From Acidobacteriota bacterium (GTDB taxonomy: Bacteria > Acidobacteriota > CAIWXX01): DNA of 64,000 nt. Location: positions 32,001 to 96,000 of the forward strand of contig JBFMAF010000018.1 of NCBI GenBank assembly GCA_040755995.1, in the 5' to 3' direction. Positions 38,407-47,980 of this stretch are shown piece by piece (the stretch's first letter is position 1; each line of letters opens with the position of its first letter). The notes beneath the pieces are model-generated. The model saw only the letters and a list, made by a program, of their open reading frames with translations. It made no database searches and was not told the DNA's origin. The position numbers and the translations under genes were made by a program.

Positions 38407-38625
38407 ACAACACGCTCAACCGCCGCCACGGCCGGCCCTCGGCGCCGATCTCTTCGAACCCGACATAGCGCATCCCCAGGCGCGCCACGCCCGGTTTACG
38501 GCTTGGCGAGGAACCCGTACCTGCCCCCGGCGCGTGGCGCAATCGGCGATCCCCAGTTGTCACAACAACTCGCTTCGTTTAGTATTGAGATGTCGCCCTG
38601 CGACACCTTCATTGGTGAGTCCGTA

Positions 38626-41544
38626 ATGAGGCCGGAGCCGCAAGTGGAAGATGGCCGCTCTGGGCGAGCCTTTGAATCAGCTCACCGATCGTTCCCACCC
38701 GGCTGCGGTGACATCGCGCGAGCGCCTACCCTTCTTCTGTCCATCGCCGCCTGCTTCGCCTCCGGCATCCTTCGCGCCGAGGACGCCCCGAGCGCTTCCT
38801 TCCGAGATTGCGAGGCGCTCGTGCAGGTCCACCCCGAGTCGCTGGATTCATACGACTGCTTCTATCTGACGGCCAAACGGACCAAGGCGTGGGCGAGGGC
38901 GCGACAGCGCCTCGATTCTCTCCTCAGACAGGACCCCTCTAACCATCGAGCACGTCGCACTCTGGCTCGCATCGCGGCGGCACGTGGAGACGAGGACGCG
39001 GAACAGTTGTACCGCGCCGCAGTCGATGGGCTCGCGGCGCAGAACGACGCCGGGGCCGAGGTGGTGGCGCGGACTGAGCTCTGTACCTTCTTGTGGAAGC
39101 GGGGTCGCTTCGAGGAAGCGCGTGGCGAGGTTGAGAAGGCGGCGGCAGTGGCCGAGCACTCGGCCGACCCAATGCTCATCGCACGCGCCTCCATCGAGCG
39201 GGGTTTCCTGGAGTGGGAGATGTCGGAGCACGGCCCGGCCTGGACCGCGTTCAGCAGTGCAGCGCGTGTCGTCTTCCCGAACGGACCCTCGGAGCTTCAG
39301 TGTTGGGTCCTGGAGGGGATGGGCGGCGTTTGCGTCGCGACGGGCCGATATCGCGAGGCATTCGAGTGCCTTCGTCACGAGGCAACCCTTCTGGAGAGGA
39401 TCGGAGATCCATTCAACGAATCTCTCGCTCGGTACAACATGGCCACGATCGCATGGGACCTGGTCGCAACGGGGGAGATGGATTCCGAGGAAGCGCGCCG
39501 GAGCACGAGGCATGCGTTGGAAGCGGCGATTCGCGTAGGGAACTGGGACGCCGAGGCGTCCGCGCGCGCTCTCCTCACTATCGATCCGGACTTGGACCCT
39601 CGACGCGCCATCGAGGAGGTCACGAAGGCGCTCGCGGGGCATCGTCGCGGGGGTCGTCTCGATTGTATCATCTGGGACCTCGACCGGCTCGCCCTGGCCC
39701 TCCTGGAAGCATTTCCAGAGGAGCCGGAGCGCGCCTACAGGTCCGTCGACGAAGCGATCGAACTGGCGCGCAGTCACGGCGCGATCAGTCTGCTGGCCGA
39801 TGCGCGTCTCACTCGCGGAACCCTCAGCCGTCACACGGCATCGCCTGCCGAGGTGATCGCTGAATACGAGGCAGCGTTCGAGGCTGTGGAAGCTCTCCGC
39901 GATCTGCAGCGCGATGACGTTGTGCGGGCTGGGTGCTTCTCCCCGTACACGCCCACCTACTATCAGCTGGCCGGATATCTCCTCTCAAAGGTCACCGGAC
40001 CCGACATCGACACGGCCTTTCGAACCGTGGAGAGAATGCGAGCCCGCGTGCTGCTCGATCATCTCGACGCTTCGAAGGCCACCCCGGTTCTCCTTCCGGA
40101 TGATCCTCTGGCAAGACGCCGCACGAAGGTGCTTGACCAGATCGCTCAAGTTCAGCGTCGCTTGCTCGAGGCCGGGCTGCCTCCGAAGTCCCGGGCAGAT
40201 GCCCTGGAAGAAGTTGATCGCCTGGAGGTGGAAGAACGGGCGCTACGCGATGAGATGGCGCGGGCCGATCCTGGCTTTCGCAATGTGCGCTGCCCGACCC
40301 TGGCCACCCTCTCCGACATCCGGCTGGCGCTTGGACCGGACGAAGCCCTGCTATCCTATCAACTGCCCAGCCGCGTTCCCGATTTGAATGAGGATGACGG
40401 AGGTTCCTGGTTGATCGCCGTCACACGCGAACAGACAAGGGCCTACCCCTTGCCAGACCGGAAAGAAACTGTCCCGGCCGTCGAGCTCTTCCTTGGAATG
40501 TTCGACCGGCGGGATGACGCCGAGGCCCGCGCGGCGGCGCGTCTGTTTCGCCTCCTGCTCGCCCCTGCCACCCGCGACCTCCCCGCCTCGAAGACGCGTC
40601 TGATCGTCATCCCCGACGGCATACTACATCAGTTGCCTTTCGATGCGTTGCGTTGTCACGGACCTCGTCACGAATTCGTGACGAATCACTATTCGATCAC
40701 CCTGGCCCCCTCCGCCTCGGTTTGGCTGCGCCTCCGAAATGCCGGCAATGCTCAAGCCACCCATCCTGCCGTCGTCCTTGCCGACCCAGCGCTGCTCCGA
40801 CCCGGCTCCGGGCCGGTATCTTCGGAACAGAAGGAGCGCCTGTGGACACTCGAGTGGCTCGGACCCATGGGCGGGCTCCCCTCGGCGCGCGCCGAAGGCA
40901 GGGCGGTCCGCAAGTGGCTCGGGAGAGACTGCCTGTTGCTTGAAGGATCGGCTGCAACAGAGCGCGCTCTCAAACGGATCGATCTGAATCGTTTTCGAAT
41001 CCTCCATTTCGCGACCCACACCATCCTCGACGATGCCCGACCCGACCGTTCCGCCATCCTGCTCGCGGCTGGGTCCGCCCGGGAGGACGGCCTCCTGCAA
41101 ACGCGAGAGATTGTCGGAATGCGGATGGCGGGCCAGTTGGTTGTACTGGCGAGCTGCCGCAGCGCCTCCGGCACACTCCTCCCGGGAGAGGGCGTGATGG
41201 GGATCGCGCGAGCCTTCCTGCAGGCGGGCGCGAGCGTGGTTGTAGGAAGCCTGTGGCCTCTGCGTGACGCCGAAGCGCGGCGGTTCTTCGGCGCTTTCTA
41301 CGAACGCATACGGAACGGCACAGACGTCGCGGCGGCGGCGGCCGGGGCGCGCCGGGACTGCGTTGATCGGCACACGCCGGCGGCGGCCTGGGCCGGTGTC
41401 GTCGTCATCGGTAACGGCCGGCTGACACCCTTCCCCGACGGTTGCCCCGACGAGTCCGCCACGTGGTGGCCTGTAGGCCCACTTCTCGCAATCGGTCTGC
41501 TCATCGCCGTTCTGGCGGCCAGTCGGGCGCGTTCCATACGGTGA
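38626..41544 (+). CDS. TPR + CHAT domain (caspase-like protease) protein with C-terminal TM
   Basis: ERMRARVLLD, IPDGILHQLPF.AL, LHFATH, VLASC, FLQAGA..VVGSLW, WAGVV.IG. Start uncertain. Confidence 0.88.
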   Translation: MRPEPQVEDGRSGRAFESAHRSFPPGCGDIARAPTLLLSIAACFASGILRAEDAPSASFRDCEALVQVHPESLDSYDCFYLTAKRTKAWARARQRLDSLLRQDPSNHRARRTLARIAAARGDEDAEQLYRAAVDGLAAQNDAGAEVVARTELCTFLWKRGRFEEARGEVEKAAAVAEHSADPMLIARASIERGFLEWEMSEHGPAWTAFSSAARVVFPNGPSELQCWVLEGMGGVCVATGRYREAFECLRHEATLLERIGDPFNESLARYNMATIAWDLVATGEMDSEEARRSTRHALEAAIRVGNWDAEASARALLTIDPDLDPRRAIEEVTKALAGHRRGGRLDCIIWDLDRLALALLEAFPEEPERAYRSVDEAIELARSHGAISLLADARLTRGTLSRHTASPAEVIAEYEAAFEAVEALRDLQRDDVVRAGCFSPYTPTYYQLAGYLLSKVTGPDIDTAFRTVERMRARVLLDHLDASKATPVLLPDDPLARRRTKVLDQIAQVQRRLLEAGLPPKSRADALEEVDRLEVEERALRDEMARADPGFRNVRCPTLATLSDIRLALGPDEALLSYQLPSRVPDLNEDDGGSWLIAVTREQTRAYPLPDRKETVPAVELFLGMFDRRDDAEARAAARLFRLLLAPATRDLPASKTRLIVIPDGILHQLPFDALRCHGPRHEFVTNHYSITLAPSASVWLRLRNAGNAQATHPAVVLADPALLRPGSGPVSSEQKERLWTLEWLGPMGGLPSARAEGRAVRKWLGRDCLLLEGSAATERALKRIDLNRFRILHFATHTILDDARPDRSAILLAAGSAREDGLLQTREIVGMRMAGQLVVLASCRSASGTLLPGEGVMGIARAFLQAGASVVVGSLWPLRDAEARRFFGAFYERIRNGTDVAAAAAGARRDCVDRHTPAAAWAGVVVIGNGRLTPFPDGCPDESATWWPVGPLLAIGLLIAVLAASRARSIR

Positions 41545-41750
41545 GCCTGGCCGGAGGCCTGGAGGTGGCCGAACACCTGCTGATCGGCGCGTCCGCCAAC
41601 TACTGGATAGCGGAGTGGACCGCGAGTGGCTCGGGCAGTTTCTTTCCAGATGGCGGCGAAAGTGTCCGCAAGGCCGCCCATTCTCTGAATGCCGTCCTCC
41701 GCGGTCACAGCTCCCACCGCATCTACTTCACCATGCTCAACTATTCCGGC
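41541..41750 (+). pseudogene. Possible fragment of an outer-membrane beta-barrel (FadL-like) gene
   Basis: SLAGGLEVAEHLLIGASANYW reads like barrel strands; no signal peptide; runs into the duplicated regulator segment. Confidence 0.35.
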
Positions 41751-41768
41751 CGGACTCGCAACGGGATC

Positions 41769-41840
41769 CTATTGCCACACGCCCTGTACGGCCATCGCAC
41801 GCGGCTGGCTGCCGGCATCCGCCTGCCGAACCACCGTCAT
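41769..41840 (-). pseudogene. Truncated copy of the response-regulator 5' end
   Basis: MTVVRQADAGSQPRAMAV versus MTAVRQMEADSQAREMAV at 34850; same upstream RBS region; stop after 23 codons. Confidence 0.8.
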
Positions 41841-41905
41841 CTGTTCCCTCCTTGTTCTGTCTTCATGCGCACCCAGAGCTTAGCGTATTCGGGCGAAGGC
41901 TGCAC

Positions 41906-42090
41906 CTACGTATTCACGTAGGCACCTCAGTCAAGCGGGTTGGCGCGGATTCCGAGACGGCATGTTGTCGGGGGACGGTCGGCAGCGTCCGCGGGACACT
42001 TCTCCGGTGCGAATGAAACTCAGTCCGGCCGTTGTTTTACCTACGCATTCGCGTGAGTGACGGCCTCCGCGTGCCGTGCGAGCATACTGT
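41906..42090. promoter_or_regulatory. Second copy of the divergent promoter region
   Basis: CTACGTATTCACGTAG, CTACGCA...GCGTGAGTGAC and GCCGTGCGAGCATACT are shared with 34904-35120. Confidence 0.7.
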
Positions 42091-42174
42091 GTGAAGCGGA
42101 ACGCGATGATCAACAGGGATGACGGAACGACGATTGGTGACTGTGTTCATTCCAAAATCAGAGGAGGTCAAGCA

Positions 42175-42978
42175 ATGAACAAACGTATGATCCTGGCGCT
42201 TCTGGCGGTTTCGGGCCTGCTGGCGTGCCTCTCGTTCGCCCAGGAGGCCATCCAGCTGGATGGCGCGGCACTCGGTAACTGCCAGACCGGTTGGAGATGG
42301 TGCAGCAAGTGCGACGGCTTGAGCTACATTGTGGGCGGCGTCGGTCCCTGCCCCGGCGGTGGGACGCACGCTACGGGCGCGAGCGACTCATACGTCGTCG
42401 TCTTGAATGATCCCAAGGCATCGGGCGTCCACGGGTTCCATCAGTGCAGTCGCTGCAAGGGACTCTTCCATCCTACGTCCGACAACGGTGTCTGCCCTGC
42501 TGGCGGCACTCACGACGCCACGGGGAGCGGTGACTACTGCCTCATTCCGAGCATGGATGCGGAGATAGGACAGGAGGGATGGGGATTCTGCTCCAAGTGC
42601 CAGGGCGTCTTCTACGGCGCCTATGCGCCGCACGGGATTTGCCCCGCCGGCGGCCAACACGCCCTGTACTGGGGCATAACCGGTGAGCTGATTAGCGAAT
42701 CCAAGCTCCCGATTCTCTGGGGCAAGGTGACCAAGTCCAGCTCCCAAGCCATGGCCAAGGGGAGCGTCGAGCCCGTGTCAGGTGCGAAGGTCGAGGCAAC
42801 CAAGGGCGGCACTACGATCACGACCAAGACGAAAGCCGACGGGAGCTACTGCTTCACCGGGATAGCACTCGGCAAGCACTCGATCAAGGCATCCAAGCGG
42901 AAAGTAGGCACCGCTTCGGGAACAGTCAGAATCAAGAACGGCGACACCAAGAGCGTAGATCTCTCTCTGGAGAAATAG
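42175..42978 (+). CDS. Secreted Cys3His-repeat protein (copy B)
   Basis: Collinear paralogue of 37472-38251 with all CxxC/CPxGG.H motifs retained; GAGGAGG RBS. Confidence 0.85.
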   Translation: MNKRMILALLAVSGLLACLSFAQEAIQLDGAALGNCQTGWRWCSKCDGLSYIVGGVGPCPGGGTHATGASDSYVVVLNDPKASGVHGFHQCSRCKGLFHPTSDNGVCPAGGTHDATGSGDYCLIPSMDAEIGQEGWGFCSKCQGVFYGAYAPHGICPAGGQHALYWGITGELISESKLPILWGKVTKSSSQAMAKGSVEPVSGAKVEATKGGTTITTKTKADGSYCFTGIALGKHSIKASKRKVGTASGTVRIKNGDTKSVDLSLEK

Positions 42979-43248
42979 CACCGTTCGCCCGATGAGTCGT
43001 CGCCCAGGGGACTCCGGGCAACCGGGTTCCCTGTGGCGACGCTCGGGCTCCGAGCATCTCAGCGGCAGTCGCGCAGATCTGCTGACAGCGCCAACTGGCC
43101 CGTGCTCCTGCCGCTCGCGTGTTGCGAGTACCGTGCCGCCAGGTCTCGGCTCCACGTGGCCCCCGCGTCATGCACTCAATGGAACGCGTGCATGGTATGA
43201 TGGCCCTGTTCTCGAACGGCTTCGTAGGGGCAGGTCGCGCGGCAGAGT

Positions 43249-46200
43249 ATGGAAACGGGCCTTCGTCGGTGGTACGTGAGGGGCGTTCTACCCAGGCTCT
43301 TGCCGCTCCTGATCTCAGCGGTGGCGTTTCAGAGAGCGTGGGCCGAGCGGCTGCCTTTCCGCTCCTACTCCACCGACCAAGGACTTGTGGGCAACTTCGT
43401 CGTGGACGTCCGCCAGGATTCGACCGGTTTCATATGGGTCTGCACGCGGAGCGGCCTGAGCCGATTCGATGGAACCAGCTTCGTCTCATACACGACGGCA
43501 CAGGGCCTCCCGATTCCCACTATCAACTGCATCCTGGAAAGCCGGGACGGCTTCTACTGGATCGGGACAAACGGCGCGGGCATATGCCGTCTCGATCCCG
43601 CTCGCGGTCGCGTGTCCCGCGCAGCGGCCGGCTTGCCGGCCCTGCTGCATCTTCCCGTAGACGGCCCACCTGCTTCCAACAGGGTCAACGTGATGTGGGA
43701 AGATCGATCCGGTCGCATCTGGGCCGGTACGGACGCCGGGATCTATCGTCTACGCCGCGCGGCAGACACGGTTGCCTTCGACCCGCTCGAGCTTCCTGCA
43801 GCTTTCTACCAGTCGACCTTTCATGGTGTCTACTCGTTCGCGGAGGACCCCGACGGCTCGCTCTGGGCCGCGACTGATACCATCGGGTTCCTGAGGATTC
43901 CGGAGAGCGGCGCGATCGAGCAGTTCAGCATGAAGGACGGGTTGCATGCCGATCATGTGTCGAACCTGTTCCTGGACCGGAAGGGCCGGCTGTGGGTCTG
44001 CACCACCGGCGGGCTCTGCCGGCTGGAGAAGGGCCCAGGCGGAAGACGGACCCTCGGCCGGATCACATTCGATGACCCGGACCTGCGCACGGCGATCCCG
44101 CGGGCGGGGGTCGAGGGGCCCGACGGGCGGGTATGGCTGACGGTCGATGACGGGCTTCTCGAATTCGACGGCGACCGGGTTCGCTCTCATACCCTACCGT
44201 ACGAAGTGCGCGACGCCGCACTCGGTAATCTGACGGTCGACCGAAACGGCAACCTCTGGGTGGCTACCTCGATGGCCGGCGTCCTCAAGATGACGATGAA
44301 TGGATTCGTCTCTTTCTTCGAGTCCGGCGATGACGCGCTGAGTCATGTCTACATGCTTGGGGAGGGCCCTGACGGGGCCATCTATGCCTGTGACCGCCTC
44401 TGGAACCTCGGCCGGGTCACCCAGGGAGGCGCTACAGAGACCACGCGGCTGCCTCCCGCGGACGGGACCGATTCGGGGTGGATGCGGCTGCCGGCGCTCA
44501 TGGACCACGCGGGCAGCCTCTGGGTCGGCTCGGAATCGGGGCTCCACCGGTATCCGCCCGTCCACAGTCTCGACCAGCTCTCGCGCACTAGCCCCAGGAT
44601 CTACGACACGCCCCGCGAGCTTGTCGGCCGTCGATTCTACCGAATGTGCGAGGACTCGGAGGGGGACATCTGGATTATCAACGTCGATACGCCGCGTGTC
44701 CTCTTTCGGTGGAATCGAGCTACCGACAGCCTGACGCGATTCGACGGCTCCCGCGGGTTGCCCGAGGGACAGCTGATCTTCTGCGTCGCAAGGGATCGCG
44801 GGGACAACGTGTGGCTCGGCACTTACGACGGCGGTCTCTACAGGCTGCGCGGCGGACTGTTCGACCGCTTGCCGGCGTCCGCGGGCTGGCCCGGCGGGAT
44901 GATCACGGGCCTGTATCTCGACCGGAAGCGGAGGCTCTGGATAACTAGCAACGAGCAAGGACTCTTTCTCGTGGAAGACCCGGCAGCGGAGCTTCCGACA
45001 GTCACCAGGCAATACACCGTGAAGGAGGGGCTCTCCACGGACGATGCGAGGTGCGTGGTCGAGGACGAATTCGGGCGGATCTACGTCGGGACGTCCTGCA
45101 GCGTCGACCGCCTCGATCCGGAGACCGGGCGCATCAGGCGTTTCACCGCCGCGGATGGGTTGTGCGATTCGTTTATCACGCGCGCCTATCGGGACCGGCG
45201 AGGATGGCTCTGGTTCGGCACACTACGCGGCATCGCGCGACTCATTCCAACCGAGGATCGCGAACCATCTCCTCCGCCGATCCTGATCGGCGGCCTGCGG
45301 GCCGGCGGCCTCGCGTACCATGTGTCGGAGATCGGAGAGGCCGTCGTCTCCGGCCTGCAGCTCGGCTATGACGAGGCACAGCTCCAAGTCGACTTCTCGA
45401 CCATCGACTTCGGCCTCGGAGCGAATCCAAGGTTCAGCTATTTGCTCGAAGGGGCGGATCGGGACTGGAGTCCGCCGTCGCCGAGCAACAGCGTCAACTA
45501 CGCGCGGCTGGCGCCGGGCAGCTACCGGCTCAGGATCGTGGCGATAAACACGGACGGCCTGGCGAGCGACCGGCCCGCAACAATCTCATTCGAAGTCTTG
45601 TCACCCTTCTACCGCCGATGGTGGTTCATCGCCATGACGTCGGCCATGCTGGCGGCGTTGATCTATCTCCTGTATCGCTATCGAGTCGAACGCCTGTTGC
45701 ATGTCGAACGAGTGCGGACGCGAATCGCGTCCGATCTCCACGACGACATCGGGGCCGGGCTTTCGCACGTGGCCGTTCTCAGTGAGGTCCTGTGCCGAGA
45801 GTGGGGGCGAGACGGCAACAAGGCACGCCTCCATCTTGACCAGATCGCGCGCATCTCGCGCGAAGCCGTGGACTCGATGAGCGATATCGTGTGGGCGGTC
45901 AATCCGCAGCGGGACCGCCTCCACAGCCTCACCCAGAGGATGCGGCACCTCGCCAACGACCTGCTGCCGCCGGCCGGCATCGAATTCGAGTTCGAGGCCC
46001 CGGGATCCGATCAGGATTTCGGGATGGGCGCGGACCTGCGTCGAGAGGTCTACCTGATCTGCAAGGAGAGCCTCAACAACATCGTTCGACACGCCGCGGC
46101 AAAGAACGCCCGCCTGACGCTTGGCGTCCAGGGACCATCCCTCGTGCTCGAGATCACCGACGATGGCCGGGGCTTCATCGCCGAACACGAGTCCGGCGGG

Positions 46201-46323
46201 CACGGGCTTCTCAGCATGCGCCGCCGCGCGACGCACCTCGGCGCGAAGTTGGAGGTCGAGTCGGCACCCGATCGAGGCACGATCATTCGCCTGACGGCGC
46301 CGCTGCACCGGCCCATCTGGTGA
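43249..46323 (+). CDS. Propeller + Y_Y_Y sensor histidine kinase (HisKA_3/HATPase)
   Basis: Reg_prop blades, Y_Y_Y, TM, RIASDLHDDIG, KESLNNIVRHA, DDGRGF, GHGL.SM. Confidence 0.93.
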   Translation: METGLRRWYVRGVLPRLLPLLISAVAFQRAWAERLPFRSYSTDQGLVGNFVVDVRQDSTGFIWVCTRSGLSRFDGTSFVSYTTAQGLPIPTINCILESRDGFYWIGTNGAGICRLDPARGRVSRAAAGLPALLHLPVDGPPASNRVNVMWEDRSGRIWAGTDAGIYRLRRAADTVAFDPLELPAAFYQSTFHGVYSFAEDPDGSLWAATDTIGFLRIPESGAIEQFSMKDGLHADHVSNLFLDRKGRLWVCTTGGLCRLEKGPGGRRTLGRITFDDPDLRTAIPRAGVEGPDGRVWLTVDDGLLEFDGDRVRSHTLPYEVRDAALGNLTVDRNGNLWVATSMAGVLKMTMNGFVSFFESGDDALSHVYMLGEGPDGAIYACDRLWNLGRVTQGGATETTRLPPADGTDSGWMRLPALMDHAGSLWVGSESGLHRYPPVHSLDQLSRTSPRIYDTPRELVGRRFYRMCEDSEGDIWIINVDTPRVLFRWNRATDSLTRFDGSRGLPEGQLIFCVARDRGDNVWLGTYDGGLYRLRGGLFDRLPASAGWPGGMITGLYLDRKRRLWITSNEQGLFLVEDPAAELPTVTRQYTVKEGLSTDDARCVVEDEFGRIYVGTSCSVDRLDPETGRIRRFTAADGLCDSFITRAYRDRRGWLWFGTLRGIARLIPTEDREPSPPPILIGGLRAGGLAYHVSEIGEAVVSGLQLGYDEAQLQVDFSTIDFGLGANPRFSYLLEGADRDWSPPSPSNSVNYARLAPGSYRLRIVAINTDGLASDRPATISFEVLSPFYRRWWFIAMTSAMLAALIYLLYRYRVERLLHVERVRTRIASDLHDDIGAGLSHVAVLSEVLCREWGRDGNKARLHLDQIARISREAVDSMSDIVWAVNPQRDRLHSLTQRMRHLANDLLPPAGIEFEFEAPGSDQDFGMGADLRREVYLICKESLNNIVRHAAAKNARLTLGVQGPSLVLEITDDGRGFIAEHESGGHGLLSMRRRATHLGAKLEVESAPDRGTIIRLTAPLHRPIW

Positions 46324-46409
46324 CGACGGGCTCCGGGACACGGGGCAGGTTGATGCGCATCGACTCTGCGTTTTCGCATTCCGCATTTTCCAATTTTCCA
46401 TCTTGCCTT

Positions 46410-46438
46410 TTGCATTTTGCATTACCTCAGGATATGAT
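46410..46438 (+). promoter_or_regulatory. Sigma70-type promoter for rpsT
   Basis: TTGCAT-N17-TATGAT; the -35 lies inside a heptamer repeat tract. Confidence 0.55.
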
Positions 46439-46465
46439 CCCCGTTTTCGAAAGGAGTTACGGTAG

Positions 46466-46738
46466 ATGGCTCATCACAAGTCGGCTCTGAAGGCGATCCG
46501 GCACTCGGAGAGAAGCCGGGCGCGTATCAAGAGTCACAAGTCGAGTCTGAAGACGGCGACAAAGCAGTTCAGGGCACTGGTGGATGCTGACGATGTCGAC
46601 GCCGCCCGGAAGACCCTGTCCCCGACGGTTTCGCTCATCGACCACAAGGCCGCCCTCGGTATCATCCCGAAGAACCGGGCCAGCCGATACAAGAGCCGGC
46701 TGAGCCGTGCGCTGAACAAGGCAGCCGCCAAGTCCTGA
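46466..46738 (+). CDS. rpsT: 30S ribosomal protein S20
   Basis: MAHHKSALKAIR, KS.LKT, GII.KNRASR.KSRL. Confidence 0.95.
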   Translation: MAHHKSALKAIRHSERSRARIKSHKSSLKTATKQFRALVDADDVDAARKTLSPTVSLIDHKAALGIIPKNRASRYKSRLSRALNKAAAKS

Positions 46739-46759
46739 TCGGCAGCCGCTCCGTTTCCG

Positions 46760-47980
46760 CTACCGCTCGTTCGTTCGCACGTACGGATTCTTCAACAGCT
46801 TCGTCGCCTGCTCGTGCGAGTCGAACACGTTCTCCCGCGCGAGCACAACCTTGTACTCCGCAACAGCCTCGTCGCGCCGGTGCAGCTGGTCGAGCATCTG
46901 CGCGGAGCGCAGGTGGGCGCGCGTGACCAGGTCCTGGTTGGCTCCGGCGATCTCGATCACGGCCCTGAAGTGTCCGTTTGCCCGGGCGAAGTCACCGCCA
47001 GCAGCAAGCGCGTCGCCGTACTGGAAGTGGACCAGGTCTGCAACGTTCTTCATGGCAGCTTCGCCCAGCATCTGATCGTAGATCTTGAAGCTCTCAGCTG
47101 ACCGCCCGAGCCTGGCGAGCGCGCCGGCGCGCTCGAGCTTGAACACGTAGTTGCGTGGATATCGGGCTGACAAGGCGTCGAGCAGTTCCAGCATCTCCGC
47201 CTCGCGACGTTCGCGAGCGTAAAACGTGATCAGCACGACTCGCGCGTCATCGCTGTTGTAGCGGGCGCGCTCTGCGGCGATGTGGAGCTCCTGGAGGCCC
47301 CGTTCTTTTGACCCACGAATACCGCCGAACGAGACGAGCACTTTCACGACCCACGGCAGGCTGCCCACGACGTAGTCGTAGCTGCCGATGGTGAGATAGG
47401 CATCGGCGAATCCCGGGTCGATCTCGATGATCTTCCTGTGCAGGTTGACCGCCTTCAACCCATTGCGTAGCGCGGAGATGAACGAACGTGCCACGGTCCC
47501 CTCGTATGTCGCGATGAGGCCGTGGGCCGCCCCCTGGAAATACAGCCCGTCGACGTCCCTGGCGCTTTGTTGGACCGCCGCCGCGGCCTTCGAAACCGCC
47601 TGGGCGGTGAGACCTCGGAATTCCCGGTCCGTTCTGGGATCTACCTTCTCCTTGGTCTCCGCGAAAAACGAGTCGCCGGCATAGAGGTTGGTCTGGAGGC
47701 GCCGGCTCGAATTCAGGATGCTTACCCAGAGATTGGCTGCGAGGTAGAAGTAGCCGGCGGGATGCTCGGGCCAGCGCGACTTCAACTCTTCGAACTTCAA
47801 TCGCGCGGCGGCGTAGTCCATGTTGTAAAGGGCGTCGAAGCCCTCGGCTCGAATCCGGTAGTACTCCGCCGTCTGCATGACCGCCAGGGACGGCTCGGCG
47901 CCTGCGAGCCCGGTGGCGCAGGCCAGCACGGCCGCCCAGACCGCGAGAAGCAGCGTCCCAGCCCTCGCCGCGGCCCTCAT
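46760..47980 (-). CDS. Secreted TPR-like helical protein
   Basis: Signal peptide; GFDALYNMDY, DAYL.IG.YDY.VGSLP, TPR-like C-terminus. Confidence 0.75.
   Translation of the reverse strand: MRAAARAGTLLLAVWAAVLACATGLAGAEPSLAVMQTAEYYRIRAEGFDALYNMDYAAARLKFEELKSRWPEHPAGYFYLAANLWVSILNSSRRLQTNLYAGDSFFAETKEKVDPRTDREFRGLTAQAVSKAAAAVQQSARDVDGLYFQGAAHGLIATYEGTVARSFISALRNGLKAVNLHRKIIEIDPGFADAYLTIGSYDYVVGSLPWVVKVLVSFGGIRGSKERGLQELHIAAERARYNSDDARVVLITFYARERREAEMLELLDALSARYPRNYVFKLERAGALARLGRSAESFKIYDQMLGEAAMKNVADLVHFQYGDALAAGGDFARANGHFRAVIEIAGANQDLVTRAHLRSAQMLDQLHRRDEAVAEYKVVLARENVFDSHEQATKLLKNPYVRTNER

Noticed and set aside
38344..45104. 63-bp near-identical repeat as a DGR template/variable pair
   Set aside because: Only one mismatch and no reverse transcriptase in the window; the cassette duplication explains it.
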